A stretch of DNA of 64,000 nucleotides, taken from positions 384,001 to 448,000 of the forward strand of contig CBDCKN010000013.1 of assembly GCA_965218295.1 (NCBI GenBank). Reading direction: 5' to 3'. The position numbers and the translations under genes were made by a program. Below the pieces are notes generated by a model. The model worked only from the letters and a program-made list of their open reading frames with translations, did not search any database and was not told the origin of the DNA. The stretch is from Longimicrobiales bacterium (GTDB lineage Bacteria > Gemmatimonadota > Gemmatimonadetes > Longimicrobiales > Gaopeijiaceae). Positions 9,066-20,098 of this stretch are shown here, one piece after another. Each line of letters begins with the position of its first letter. Position 1 is the first letter of the stretch.

Positions 9066-10396
9066 CTGGTCTTTGGCTTCATGACGCCCCCCACCGGAGC
9101 CCGCCCCACCGAGTAGTACTCGAAGCCCGCCTCCGCCATACTCTCGAGCGAGTAGAGGTCCCGCCCATCGAAGACGAGGGGCTGTGCCATGAGACTTCGC
9201 ATGCGGCCGAAGTCGGGGTGGCAGTACGGCAGCCACTCGGTGTGGATGACCAGCGCATCGGCGTCCTTCAGGGCGTCGTAGTTCACGTCCACCAACTCGA
9301 TCGAGTCCCCCAGAATCCGGCGGGCCTCGCCCATGGCGGCCGGGTCGTGCGCGACCACGCGGGCGCCCGCCTCGAGCAGGCCGGCGATCGTCACCAGGCT
9401 GGGCGCCTCACGCATGTCGTCCGTGTTCGGCTTGAAGGCAAGGCCCCATACGCCGATGGTCCGCCCCGAAAGGTCCGCGCCGAGGCGGCCGACGAGCCCC
9501 TCGATCAGCAGCCGCTTCTGCGCCTCGTTCACCGCGTCCGCAGCTTCGAGGATCGACGGATCGGTGCCCAGCTCACGCATGGTATTGGCGAGGGCTCTGA
9601 CGTCTTTCGGAAAACAGCTTCCGCCATAGCCGACTCCCGGGAAAAGGAAGCTCGACCCGATTCGCGAGTCCGACCCCACGCCCCGGCGCACGCTGTCCAC
9701 GTCGGCGCCCGTGCGAGCGCACAGGTCCGCCACCGAGTTCATGAAGCTGATGCGGAGCGCCAGCATGGCGTTCGCGGCGTACTTGGTGATCTCCGCGGCC
9801 GCCACATCCATGAGCAGAATGTCGTGGCCCGTGCGCACGAACGGGGAATAGAGGTCTCGGAGCACCGCGGCCGCGTGCTCGCTGTCGACGCCGAGCACCA
9901 CTCGATCGGGCTTCATGAAGTCGTCGACGGCCGCTCCCTCCTTCAGGAACTCGGGGTTGGAGCAGACGTGGACCGGATGGTCGGTCTCGGCCTCAATGGC
10001 ATCGCGAACCTTCGCCGCCGTCCCCACGGGCACCGTGCTCTTGGTGATGACGATCTTCTCGCCGTTCATTGTCTGGCCGATGGTACGGGCCACGTCGAGC
10101 ACATGCTGGAGATCCGCTGAGCCGTCCTCGTCGGGGGGCGTGCCCACGGCGATGAAAATGATCTCCGAGGCCCGGACGGCCTCAGGGATGTCGGTGGTGA
10201 AGCGGAGGCGGCCGGAGTGGAGGTTTCGCTCGACCAGGGGCCCGAGGCCCGGCTCGTAGATGGGGATCTCGCCGGCGTTCAGCCGGGCAATCTTACCGTC
10301 GATGATGTCGGCGCAGACCACGTCGTTACCGGTCTCGGCGAGGCAGGCGCCGGCCACCAGGCCGACGTATCCGGTTCCGATGACTGCTACGTTCAT
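9062..10396 (-). CDS. ugd: UDP-glucose 6-dehydrogenase
   Basis: GTGYVGLV, KSTVPVG, SNPEFLKEG, GYGGSCFPKD; start at MNVAV. Confidence 0.95.
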   Translation of the reverse strand: MNVAVIGTGYVGLVAGACLAETGNDVVCADIIDGKIARLNAGEIPIYEPGLGPLVERNLHSGRLRFTTDIPEAVRASEIIFIAVGTPPDEDGSADLQHVLDVARTIGQTMNGEKIVITKSTVPVGTAAKVRDAIEAETDHPVHVCSNPEFLKEGAAVDDFMKPDRVVLGVDSEHAAAVLRDLYSPFVRTGHDILLMDVAAAEITKYAANAMLALRISFMNSVADLCARTGADVDSVRRGVGSDSRIGSSFLFPGVGYGGSCFPKDVRALANTMRELGTDPSILEAADAVNEAQKRLLIEGLVGRLGADLSGRTIGVWGLAFKPNTDDMREAPSLVTIAGLLEAGARVVAHDPAAMGEARRILGDSIELVDVNYDALKDADALVIHTEWLPYCHPDFGRMRSLMAQPLVFDGRDLYSLESMAEAGFEYYSVGRAPVGGVMKPKTR

Positions 10397-10397
10397 G

Positions 10398-10658
10398 TTA
10401 CGGGAGCGGATCGATCTTGCCGGTCGGTTCCAGGGCTTCGGCTCTCCGCCAGGCGACCAGCAACTCGTTGCGATGCAGAGAGGCCCATTCACTGACGAGA
10501 CCCATCGCCCTAGGGGGCAAGCTTCCTCCGACCACAGCCAGCGTCTCGATACTCAGGACTGCCTCGTGCTCGGCGTACTCGGCGTGGAAGTGTGGAGGTG
10601 TGTGGCCGCCGAAGTACATCTTGATCACGATGCCGTAGAACCGGCAGATCTCAGGCAT
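10398..10658 (-). CDS. DUF4160 family putative toxin
   Basis: MPEICRFYGIVIKMYF..HTPPHFHAEY...LPPRAMGLVSEWA. Confidence 0.85.
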   Translation of the reverse strand: MPEICRFYGIVIKMYFGGHTPPHFHAEYAEHEAVLSIETLAVVGGSLPPRAMGLVSEWASLHRNELLVAWRRAEALEPTGKIDPLP

Positions 10659-10935
10659 CCACCCCGGAGCGATGAAGCTTCGGGAACACGTCACCCGCCG
10701 ACTTTCCGGTGAACCGCAAGTAGAGGGCGTCGCCGCAGAGATCGAGGCCGCCGGGCCATTCGACGCTGCCGTGCTCTCCAATCCGAACCGCCTCGAAGAC
10801 GCTGCGCTCTTGCCAGGCCTCGAAAACCCCTCGGCCACCGAGGTCGGAAAGATCGACCGCGCCCTCAGACCCGTCCTCGAACCGAAGCCACAGCCGATAG
10901 CCTTCCAGGGGTCTTACCTCTACCGGTCTGATCAT
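10651..10935 (-). CDS. DUF2442 family putative antitoxin
   Basis: VRPLEGYRLWLRFEDGSEGAVDL...VEWPGGLDLCGDALY. Confidence 0.85.
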   Translation of the reverse strand: MIRPVEVRPLEGYRLWLRFEDGSEGAVDLSDLGGRGVFEAWQERSVFEAVRIGEHGSVEWPGGLDLCGDALYLRFTGKSAGDVFPKLHRSGVDA

Positions 10936-11189
10936 CGCAGCGTCCTCTCCGACTGTGCGTGCCCCGAAGTATTCAATCGTTCTACGCCCCGACCTACGGC
11001 GAGATCCGAAAACCGGGGCTGATTTCGATCGCGAGGACCATCGATCCCAAGCTACACGCGCGCCCGAGCCGGCACCATGGTCGGTTGGGATCGGTAAGCT
11101 CCCCCTCGAGGATGCTGATCCATCACGTTGGTGCAGCGGGTGATCCAGCCCCTGACGGCGCTGATCGTTGGCGATGCCCTTCGCGATGC

Positions 11190-11258
11190 TCAGCTCTCAA
11201 GGTCCCGAAAGAGCTCCTCGGCCGTGTCGAACTCCTCCACGTCCCGTCCGGCGCGCGG
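11190..11258 (-). pseudogene. C-terminal remnant of a RelB/DinJ-like antitoxin
   Basis: Translates ARAGRDVEEFDTAEELFRDLES*. Confidence 0.45.
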
Positions 11259-11282
11259 AGCCCTGAGCGGTAGCACCGACGG

Positions 11283-11674
11283 TCAGCGCGGAACGTCCGT
11301 CTGTGTGAAGTGGTCGCCCACGAACAGGAGCGGGCATCCAAGGACACGGAGAGCGCATAGGAAAAGTAATCTCCCAAGTTCAGGGCGGCGGAGTGGCGGC
11401 CCCTGCCAAACCTTCGGAACGCACGGCGTGCCAGATCGACATGCTCCTGGGTCAGGGGCACGACCTCGACGTTCCCGTGCTGGAGAAAGACATCCAGCTC
11501 CCGTTCCCCGTGGTCTCCATAACGGGCCTGGAGCACAGTCCCCGTCTCGACAACGGAAGCGGTGGACATCCGCCCAAGCGCCGCCTCCTCCAGAGCCGAG
11601 ACGAGGCGCTCGGCCTCGGGCTCGGCCTGAAGAATGGCCACTACCGCGGACGTGTCCAACACTACCGAGCTCAT
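11283..11674 (-). pseudogene. vapC: VapC toxin with frameshift near 11335
   Basis: VLDTSAVVAIL...FGRGRHSAALNLGDYFSYAL, continuing as PLLFVGDHFTQTD in another frame. Confidence 0.8.
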
Positions 11675-11802
11675 GAAGGCAACCCCGCCTCGTCGTAGCC
11701 GAGGATCTCCTCGTCCGTCCGTTCGTCTCGGCGGGGGAGGGCCGCGATGCGCTCCTGGATCCGCCGGATGTCATCCCGCAGACCGCGTGTGCGCCGGCGG
11801 CC
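11671..11802 (-). pseudogene. vapB: 5'-truncated VapB antitoxin
   Basis: ...LRDDIRRIQERIAALPRRDERTDEEILGYDEAGLPS*, ATGA overlap with vapC; no plausible start for the missing N-terminus. Confidence 0.7.
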
Positions 11803-11998
11803 GAGGACTGATACCAGGAGTACTTGCCAATGGCCTCGGTCAGTTGTTCCGCTTTTTTGGTAGCATCAAGATCGGTTTCGCCTACTTTTTCCATGATGGA
11901 GGCCCTTGTCGGTGTCGGGTTTGGGCGCTCCAAGCTACGGTGGTTCTACACCAAAGGATAGGGCTTCCAAAGGCCCCTTAGACAGGGGGTTGGGGCGC

Positions 11999-12860
11999 GT
12001 GATCAAAGAATTCATAAGACGAAGCCCGGGTCTCCATCGCTTGGCCGTCAACGGCGCTCGGGCCGGGCGCCGGATGGCGGCGAAGGGGCATGCTACTGAG
12101 TTATGGATCCAAGGACGTCTACTCGCACGCGCTCTTCGCAGCAAGGACAGCGCTACCGGACCCAGCGTCCGGTTCGTGGTTTACGGTCAGGGCCGGAGCG
12201 GTATCAGTCTACTGCTGGATCTCCTCGGATCCCATCCGGAGATTCACTGCGCTGGAGAGAGCTTTAGTCCGAAAGAGCACGGACGGCTCGTCGCGCCTAG
12301 GCGCTACATCGACGCCTGCGCCGCCCTCTCACCCGCCCCGGTCTACGGGTGTAATGTCAAGATCTACCATCTCACAAGTCAACCAAGGATCGCCAAGCCG
12401 CAGGCTTTTCTGTTGAGCCTGCACGACGGGGGCTGGAAATTCGTGCGTCTGATCCGGCGCAACCTCTTCCGGAAGTCCTTGTCGTTAGTGGTGGCGAGGG
12501 CCCAGGGCAGATTCCTCCATCGCTGGGGCGATGGGGGCCAGCGACTCGAGCGGATGGCAGTTGATCCTGATCAGGTTGTGCACGCGATGCGCGAAAAAGG
12601 GGAGCATGATCGTGTGGAAGAAGAGGCGCTCGGGTCAATACCACACATGATAATAACGTACGAGCAGGATTTGCTGCACGGTGAGCGGCACCAAGCCACC
12701 TGCGATCGCGTGTTCGAGTTTCTCGACTTGTCATCCGGCCCGGTGCAAACGCAGCTGCTGAGAACAAGTAGGGCCCGCGTGTCCGACTATAATCGTGAAC
12801 CACGAGGAGCTCATCAGGGTCGTACAGGAGAACGGCTTCGAAGTCCCAAGCGAATCGTGA
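11999..12860 (+). CDS. Stf0-like PAPS-dependent sulfotransferase (possible frameshift near 12790)
   Basis: YGQGRSGISLL (5'PSB), HPEIHCAGE, LIRRNLFRKSLS, ITYEQD; alternative frame gives DYIVNHEEL...*. Confidence 0.8.
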
Positions 12861-13039
12861 TCGTGTCTACGAACCGGGGGTCAGACCCGCCAGATTTCAA
12901 AGTGGATTGACATCGCCATCGCAGCAAGAGATTATCGGCCGCCACGAAGCCCGAGGGCTTCGCTTCCGAAACACCGTCGGACGGTGCCGCGTCGTCGCGC
13001 CGGCGCCGGCGCCCCACGAGAGACGAGTGCGGGGGCTCC

Positions 13040-14200
13040 ATGATTCTGGGATTCCATTACCACCAACCGGCCATCGGCGACGCCGACGGCATTCGGATGA
13101 GCTACTTCTTAGGCTCGTTCATCGACTCCATCGCAGCGCACTTCAGCGAGGTACGCCTCTTTCTGCATACACCGAGCGCCGAGGAGGCCGAAGAGATTGG
13201 GTATCGACTCAAGAGCAAGAACGTCACCCTAGTATCCCTGGGCCCCCATTGGCGAGTTTACGTTCGACTCGCCTGCATTCCTTATTACCGATCACTGTTC
13301 CGGAGGCACTCGCACGACGTTGACGCGATGTTGTTCCGCGTGAGCACGCCCCTGCTGCCATTCGTCGCACCGTTTTTCAAGCGAAACTTCCTGTACTTCG
13401 TGAGCGACGCATCGGAGGGGATGGAAATCAACCCAAACCAACCTGCGTACCGAATGAAGCTGATCCAGTGGTGGATCCGGTACTACTGCTACCGCGAAGA
13501 ACAGGTAGCCCGTACTGCGACCTGTCTGAGCAACAGCTTGGAGCTTCAATCCAAATGGCAGAGGCAACTGGGGTCCACGATCAAGTTCATCCCCTCGACC
13601 ACCCTGCGGGAAGCAGACATTCGCCCGCTGCCCGCCCGCCCTCTGCACGACCCCATCCGTCTGCTGACGGTCGGACGGTTGAGCTTCCCCAAGGGTCTGC
13701 TCTACGTCCTCGAGGCAACATGCGTGCTCCGTGCAGGTGGACGCTCGGTGACCGTGGACGTCGTAGGAGATTTCGGACACGAGCATCGCTACAAGAGCCA
13801 GGTCCTCAGCTTCGTGGAGAAACACGAAATGACGAAGACGGTTCGTTTTCACGGCTTCGTCCAGGGCGGGGACCAGCTCTGGAAGATCTATCGCCAAGCC
13901 GACGTCTTTGTCGTCGCATCTGACAACGAGGGTTTCCCACGCGTCATCTGGGAGGCTTTGGCGAGCGCCTTACCCGTCGTCGCTACTAGAGTCGGCTCCA
14001 TCCCTCATTTGGCGGAAGGGGCGGTGACGCTCGTCGCACCGAAATCACCATCCTCGCTCGCAGAAGGAATCGCTCGCATCGTCGACGACGACACGTATCG
14101 TGAGGACCTGGTTAACGCTGGCTTCGAACGGGTCGGCTCGAACACCCTCGAGCGCCGTGGGCGCGAGCTTTCCGCCTTCATCGAAGGCGCCTTGTCGTGA
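13040..14200 (+). CDS. GT4 family glycosyltransferase
   Basis: VGRLSFPKG, EGFPRVIWEALASALPVVATRVGSI. Confidence 0.88.
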   Translation: MILGFHYHQPAIGDADGIRMSYFLGSFIDSIAAHFSEVRLFLHTPSAEEAEEIGYRLKSKNVTLVSLGPHWRVYVRLACIPYYRSLFRRHSHDVDAMLFRVSTPLLPFVAPFFKRNFLYFVSDASEGMEINPNQPAYRMKLIQWWIRYYCYREEQVARTATCLSNSLELQSKWQRQLGSTIKFIPSTTLREADIRPLPARPLHDPIRLLTVGRLSFPKGLLYVLEATCVLRAGGRSVTVDVVGDFGHEHRYKSQVLSFVEKHEMTKTVRFHGFVQGGDQLWKIYRQADVFVVASDNEGFPRVIWEALASALPVVATRVGSIPHLAEGAVTLVAPKSPSSLAEGIARIVDDDTYREDLVNAGFERVGSNTLERRGRELSAFIEGALS

Positions 14201-14380
14201 CGTCCGGTCAATCGTTCGCTTCGCCCATCCCGCTCGACTTTGACCTTCAAGATCTACGTCGGTTCTTTTCTCGTCTCCAGATCGTCACCGGAAACCAATT
14301 GTGTGAACGCCTTGGGCAGGGTCTCTTCATCAGCGGCCAAGACACCGAAGCCAGGATTCAGCGGTTTTTCGCCGCACATC

Positions 14381-14484
14381 ACGGGACGAGCTCTTGAAGG
14401 CGACCACGGAGTTGGCTAGCCACGTAGCAGTGAAGCCCGCGTGCGCAGCGCTCAGGGTCTCCCGAGCCACGTTCTACCGTCGTC
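14381..14484 (+). mobile_element. diverged ~100-bp remnant of the resident IS3 (orfA/orfB junction)
   Basis: Aligns by eye with 63492-63595 (ACGGGACGA...TGAAGCCCGCGTGCG...CCACGTTCTACCGTCGTC). Confidence 0.75.
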
Positions 14485-14515
14485 TGAAGGGACGGTACGC
14501 AAGGGAAGTCCAGTG

Positions 14516-15613
14516 ATGAAAGTCGCGTTTGTCGATTTGAAGGGTCAGTATCAGTCGATTCGAGGGGAAATCGACCGTGCGATTCGCGAGGTCATCGAAC
14601 GCTCGGCATTCATCAAGGGGCCCTTCGTGACACAATTCGAGCAGTCGTTCGCCGCGTTCGTCGGGGTGGAGCACTGCATCGGAGTTGGCAACGGCACCGA
14701 CGCACTCTTCGTCACGCTGAAGGCCCTCGGCATCGGGTCTGGCGCTGAAGTCATCTGTCCGGCGAACTCGTTCGTCGCAACCTCGGAAGCGGTCACCCAG
14801 GCCGGCGCCCAAGTGATCTTCGTCGACTGCGATCCAGGGACGCGAAACATCGACGTGTCGAAGCTCGTACCCGCGATTACGCAGAAGACTCGTGCGATCA
14901 TTCCCGTGCATCTTTACGGACAGCCTGCGGACATGGGGCCCATTCTCGACATCGCGCGGCAGCACGATCTGCGCGTCGTCGAAGACGCCGCCCAGGCCCA
15001 CGGTGCACAATATCACGGTGGCCAGGTGGGAACCTTTGGGGACGCAGCCTGTTTCAGCTTCTACCCCGGGAAGAACCTCGGGGCCTACGGTGACGGCGGG
15101 GCTGTGGTCACCGGAGATCCCAGGCTTGCAGAGCGCGTGCGAATGTGGGCGAACCACGGGCGCAAGGACAAGTACGACCACGAGTTTGGGGGCACCAACA
15201 GCCGTCTCGACGGCCTCCAGGCCGCCATCCTCTCGGTGAAGCTCAAGCACTTACCGGATTGGATCGACCGTCGGCGGGCAGCCGCCAGTCGCTATGACCG
15301 GGCCTTCGAAAGTAGACTGGAAACGCCCCGGGTGCTTGAGAATGCGATGGCCGTTTACCACCTCTACGTGGTCCTCGTCGACGACCGCGATCGGGTGCGG
15401 GCCAGTCTCGCCGAGCGCGGGATCGCCACCAGGGTGCATTACCCTATTCCCCTCCCATCGCTAGAGGCCTACAAACACCTCGGCCACACCGCCAGCGATT
15501 TCCCCGTCGCGACGGCCGACGCCCCCCGCCTCCTGAGCCTTCCTATGCACGAAATGATGGAGGACGCGCAGGTCGACCACGTTGTCGAGTCGGTGTTCGA
15601 GGTGCTCGGGTGA
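14516..15613 (+). CDS. DegT/DnrJ/EryC1 sugar aminotransferase (WbpE-like)
   Basis: GNGTDAL, PVHLYGQ, EDAAQAHG, SFYPGKNLGAYGDGG, NSRLDGLQAA. Confidence 0.9.
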   Translation: MKVAFVDLKGQYQSIRGEIDRAIREVIERSAFIKGPFVTQFEQSFAAFVGVEHCIGVGNGTDALFVTLKALGIGSGAEVICPANSFVATSEAVTQAGAQVIFVDCDPGTRNIDVSKLVPAITQKTRAIIPVHLYGQPADMGPILDIARQHDLRVVEDAAQAHGAQYHGGQVGTFGDAACFSFYPGKNLGAYGDGGAVVTGDPRLAERVRMWANHGRKDKYDHEFGGTNSRLDGLQAAILSVKLKHLPDWIDRRRAAASRYDRAFESRLETPRVLENAMAVYHLYVVLVDDRDRVRASLAERGIATRVHYPIPLPSLEAYKHLGHTASDFPVATADAPRLLSLPMHEMMEDAQVDHVVESVFEVLG

Positions 15614-16687
15614 GCGCGTTCGCCGGACGACATCACGATTCGTATCGCCCTCGTCGGCTGCGGCGCTATCGCGCTAAAGCACGTTGCCGCCCTGACTCGG
15701 ATCGAGAACGCCGAGATCGTCGGCGTCTTCGACAAGGACGAAGACGCCGCCAAGGCCTTCGGCGAGAAACACGACCTGGCCTGGTATCGTGATCTCGAGA
15801 CCCTGGTTGCCAGGGCTGACCCGCATCTCTTCGAAGTTCTGACGCCGTCTGGAGTCCACGCGGACAACATTCTCGAGCTTATTCGCTACGAACGCCACTT
15901 CGTGGTCGAGAAGCCGCTCGCTCTCCGACTCGATCAACTCGATCAAATCCTTGAGGCCTGCGACCGCCACGGTCTCAAGATCTTCGTGGTTCAGCAGAAC
16001 CGCTGCAATCCTCCGATCGTGAAGCTGAAAGAGGCGATCGATGGTGGTCGTTTTGGGAAGCTCGTGATGGGGACGGTGCGCGTCCGCTGGCGCCGAGATC
16101 AAGCGTATTACGATGCCAAGGCGTGGCGCGGGACTTGGGCACTTGACGGCGGAGTGCTCACGAACCAGGCGAGCCACCATATCGATATGCTGTTATGGAT
16201 GATGGGTGATGTGGAGAGCGTCGTCGCCAAGACCGCCACTCGACTCGTTGACATCGAGGCGGAAGACACGGGCGTCGCCATAGTCAAGTTCGTCTCGGGA
16301 GCGCTCGGGATCGTCGAGGCGACCACTGCCACTCGCCCCCAGGATCTCGAGGGATCCCTGAGTGTGCTCGGCGAGAAGGGCAGCGTCGTGGTAGGAGGCT
16401 TCTTCATGAACGAGCTTGTTGATTGGCATTTTGAAGACCCTCACCCCATGGACGAAGACCTCTGGGAGAAGCACGCTCAGGTCCCCGATGCTTTTGCTTG
16501 GAACCACGAGGCGTATCTCCACGGCGTCATCGACTCGTTAGGCCGGGGAGAGAGAGGGCTGGTTGACGGCCTCGAGGGACGACGCTCCATCGAGCTCATC
16601 AACGCGATTTACGAGTCCGCTGAACGTGGCAAAGAGATCTACCTGAGCTACCGCCCGCGACACAGTCGGCTGGGAGTCGCGGGGTGA
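15610..16687 (+). CDS. Gfo/Idh/MocA oxidoreductase (WbpB-like); frameshift or atypical start near 15619
   Basis: Frame open from 15614: IRIALVGCGAIA...TPSGVH...VEKPLA...NQASHHID; the GTG at 15610 is one base out of frame. Confidence 0.8.
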
Positions 16688-16723
16688 TCGAGGGTGGCCC
16701 CGGAAAGTGTCGTCAGAGCTAGC

Positions 16724-16850
16724 ATGCGGAGTGTCGATCCTCATCACGGGGGGCCGGATTCAGTAGGTCCGACCTGGCCAAGAACCTCTTGGAACTAGGT
16801 GCTGAAATCGTCATCTTGGATGACGTCGACGACTTCTACTCGCCATTGCA
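16724..16850 (+). pseudogene. degraded N-terminal fragment of an NAD-dependent epimerase
   Basis: SILITGG...DLAKNLLELGAEIVILDDVDDFYSP across broken frames. Confidence 0.55.
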
Positions 16851-16927
16851 AACCCTCAGGGGCGATGAAGCGATTCGTCGCCTGGATGAAGAACTCAGGT
16901 GAAGTGTGAAACGACCGTGAGCCAGCC

Positions 16928-17554
16928 ATGATCAGCGACTCGGCCGTGATCTATCCGAACGTTGAGCTCGCCGAGGACTGCGTCGTCGAGCCCTTTACCA
17001 TCGTCGGGCAGCCGCCGCGAGGCCACGAGCCAGGGGATGTGCCGACCCGGATTGGCGGTGGAGGATTGATCCGCTCCCACACGGTAATCTACGCAGGAAA
17101 CGTCATCGGAGATCGTTTCCAGTGCGGGAACAAGGCCAACATCCGGGAATTCAATGAGATAGGTGACGACGTCAGTGTGGGGACTCTTTCCGTGGTGGAG
17201 CATCACGTCAAGATCGCCGACGGGGTGCGGATCCATACGCAGGTGTTCATCCCCGAGTACAGCACGCTGGAAGAGGAGTGCTGGGTCGGCCCCAATGTGG
17301 TCTTCACCAATGCAAAGTATCCACGAAGCCCGAGCGTCAAGGACGGGTTGCTCGGCGTTCACGTGGAGCGGAGAGCCATGATCGGAGCCAATAGCACCCT
17401 GCTGCCGGGGATCCGCATCGGTGAGCACGCGCTCGTAGGTGCCGGCAGCGTGGTGACCCAGGACGTCCCCCCGTACCAAGTGTGGGTGGGGAGTCCCGCC
17501 CGCTTCCTCAAGAAGATCGAGCAACTCCCATACAAGGCGGCTCGGACCTTATGA
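16928..17554 (+). CDS. hexapeptide-repeat N-acetyltransferase (WbpD-like)
   Basis: VGPNVVFTN, IGANSTLLPGIRIGEHALVGAGSVVTQDVP. Confidence 0.85.
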   Translation: MISDSAVIYPNVELAEDCVVEPFTIVGQPPRGHEPGDVPTRIGGGGLIRSHTVIYAGNVIGDRFQCGNKANIREFNEIGDDVSVGTLSVVEHHVKIADGVRIHTQVFIPEYSTLEEECWVGPNVVFTNAKYPRSPSVKDGLLGVHVERRAMIGANSTLLPGIRIGEHALVGAGSVVTQDVPPYQVWVGSPARFLKKIEQLPYKAARTL

Positions 17555-19419
17555 GTGGGACGGTGCGGAAGTTGGGTGCGAGGGCCCTCGACGCTTCCGT
17601 CTCAGAGTCGCCCACCCCGACGGAGCACCCGGCTTCGGATCCAGCGTCGATCACGGTGGTGATGCCATGTCGCGACGAAGAGCGACACATCGCGAGAGCA
17701 CTGCGCCACGTCCTCGACCAGGAGGGCGCGGACACCAGGTTCAAGCTCGAGGTGCTACTCGTCGACGGCCGCAGCGTCGACCGGACCCTCGAGATCGTCG
17801 CGAAAGAGTTCGGCGATGACGACCGACTTCGCGTGGTAGACAACCGGCGCCGGATCACGCCGGCCGCATTCAACCTCGGCATTCAAGCCGCCCGTGGGCG
17901 TTACATCTGTATCCTCGGGGCCCATGCCGAGATCGCGGACGACTACCTACTGCGTTGCTTGGAGACCATCGAGGCCCGGCAGGTCGACAACGTAGGTGGG
18001 CCGTGGCGGGCGCAGGAGCTAGGCTGGAGCGGGACAAAGCGGCGCTGCTGGTGGTGCTGGGTGCCATGCGAGACGGGACGAAAGAGGTGTTGGCCCTGAG
18101 AGCGGGCTACCGAGAGTCGGTCGAGTCCTGGTCCGAGGTGTTGCGGGACCTGAAGGCACGCGGCATCGAGGCGCCCCGGCTTCTGATGGCGGACGGTAAC
18201 GCTGCGATCTGGGGCGCAGTACGGCAGGTATGGCCTGAGGCGGGTGAGCAACGGTGCTGGAACCACAAGATGAGGAACGTGCTGGACCGACTACCTCAGC
18301 GGGAGCAGGGCGAGGCGAAGGATCTTCTCCGGGCCGTGGTCTACGCACCGAGCCGGGCCGAGGCCCTGAAGGCCCGCGAGGTGTTCGCCCGACGCTATAG
18401 GCCGTGGTATCCGAAAGCAGTGGACGTACTCGAGGACGACTGGGAGCGGATGGTAGCGTTCTACGACTTCCCCGAGGACCACTGGAAGCATCTACGCACG
18501 ACGAACGTGGTCGAGAGCCCGTTCGCCGCGGTACGGCTCAGGACGACAGCAGCGAAGCGGTTCAAGCGGGTCGAGAGCGCTACGGCGCTAATCTGGAAGT
18601 TGCTCTTGGTGGCTGAGAAGCGGTTCCGAAGGCTCGACGCTCCTCACCTCCTCAAGGACGTATTTGAAGGAAGAAAGTTCGAAGACGGAAAGCCCGTCTC
18701 ACACCAACAGCGGAAGAACGCCGCCTAATACGTTTACACACCTATTGACCCAACCTCGGGCGCAGGGCCACGGATACACGGGGGAAGCCATCGCCCTGGC
18801 CTTTCAGAGCCAATTCGCCGTGGGCGGGGCCCGAAGTCATGCCCTGAACTACGAAGGCTTGGTGGACTCGGTGTGGGGAGGATTCTACCGACGTGAGGTC
18901 TTCGATCGAATCGGGCACTTCGACGAACAGTTCGTGCGCAACCAGGACGACGAACTCAACCTTCGACTCGTCCGCAGCGGGGGCACCGTTTGGCAATCGA
19001 CCTCCATCCGTTACACCTACCACTGCAGGGACTCCTTGCGAGGGCTCTTTCGCCAATACCGACAGTACGGCTACTGGAAAGTGCGCGTCATCCAGAAGCA
19101 CCGCATTCCCGCGTCTGTCAGGCATCTGGTTCCAGGGACGTTCGTGCTAGGACTCGGAGCTTTGACCGTGGCCGCTCCCTTCTCCAGCGTGGCTCGTATC
19201 TCCTGGGTCGCGCTCGCACTGGGATACGCGTCTGTGGTGGTTCTGGCGTCCGCCTGGACCTGCCGCTTACGCAAGGATTGGAAGTGCCTCCCCATCATGC
19301 CCTTCGTCTTCGCCGTCTACCACTTCGGGTACGGCCTTGGATTCCTCCAGGGAGGCATGGACTTTCTGTTGCTGAGGCGCGCTCCCATGACCTCGTTTAC
19401 CGAACTCACGCGATCCTAA
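17551..19419 (+). pseudogene. GT2 glycosyltransferase (ExoA-like) split by IS256
   Basis: VVMPCRDEE, VDGRSVD ... GGPWRAQ|GHGYTGEAIA ... RNQDDELNLRL; in frame after IS removal. Confidence 0.85.
18016..18757 (+). mobile_element. IS256-family element, left part deleted
   Basis: Transposase C-half (ADG, QRCWNHKMRNV, HLRTTNVVESPF); right IR TTTACACACCTATTGACCCAACCTC; 8-bp TSD GGGCGCAG at 18008 and 18758. Confidence 0.88.
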
Positions 19420-19430
19420 CAGACCTGCCG

Positions 19431-20090
19431 ATGAAAGCTGCGCTGCCGGCCTGCACGAAGTCGGGACTCGACGATCTCGAGGCCGTGGCACGGTGTCACG
19501 CGCGTGCCTTTCCAAGAGCCATGGCCACCCTGCAGGGACACCGGTTCACTTGCAAGATGCTGGAGTGGTACGTGGTCGCCGAGCGGGGCACGCTGTTCCA
19601 CATCCCGTTAGGTGATTCGGTCGTTGGCTACTGTGGAGGAATTCGGACCCACCGGCCCGGTCTGCCGGGAGCGTTCACCAGCATCTCTCAGTATGCCTTT
19701 TGGGCATTCGTACGATCTTATCTCACTCGCCCATGGCTCCTCCTCCATCCAGAGAATCTCAAGAAGCGCAAAGGAATCATCCGCAACGTCTTGATTCGCT
19801 TGGGGCTCCGCTCCCCGACCAACACAGTGGACCCGGCGGCTGAACGCGTGTTTCGATCCAAGTGGGGCCTTGTGGTGATCGGTGTCGATCCCCTCCAGCA
19901 CGGTGCGGGCTACGGAACGGCGATGCTCCAGGAATTCGAACGCTTGGCTCGGGAGGATGGTGCGCATTGGTTGGAGCTTTCCGTGTCCTCTTGGAATCAG
20001 AAGGCGATCGCCTCTTATGAGCGCAACGGATGGTCCGTCGCCCGTCGCGACGGCGATTCTCTTGTAATGACGAAAGAGCTCGACGGCTGA
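19431..20090 (+). CDS. GNAT family acetyltransferase
   Basis: IGVDPLQHGAGYGTAML, NQKAIASYERNGW. Confidence 0.8.
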   Translation: MKAALPACTKSGLDDLEAVARCHARAFPRAMATLQGHRFTCKMLEWYVVAERGTLFHIPLGDSVVGYCGGIRTHRPGLPGAFTSISQYAFWAFVRSYLTRPWLLLHPENLKKRKGIIRNVLIRLGLRSPTNTVDPAAERVFRSKWGLVVIGVDPLQHGAGYGTAMLQEFERLAREDGAHWLELSVSSWNQKAIASYERNGWSVARRDGDSLVMTKELDG

Positions 20091-20098
20091 CCCCTCGG

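Noticed and set aside
12862..12890. Possible IS end remnant GTGTCTACGAACCGGGGGTCAGACC
   Set aside because: Too short, with no partner end or transposase to support it
18990..19430. N-terminal extension of the GNAT ORF (366 aa)
   Set aside because: Overlaps the GT2 gene in another frame; ATG 19431 follows the GT2 stop
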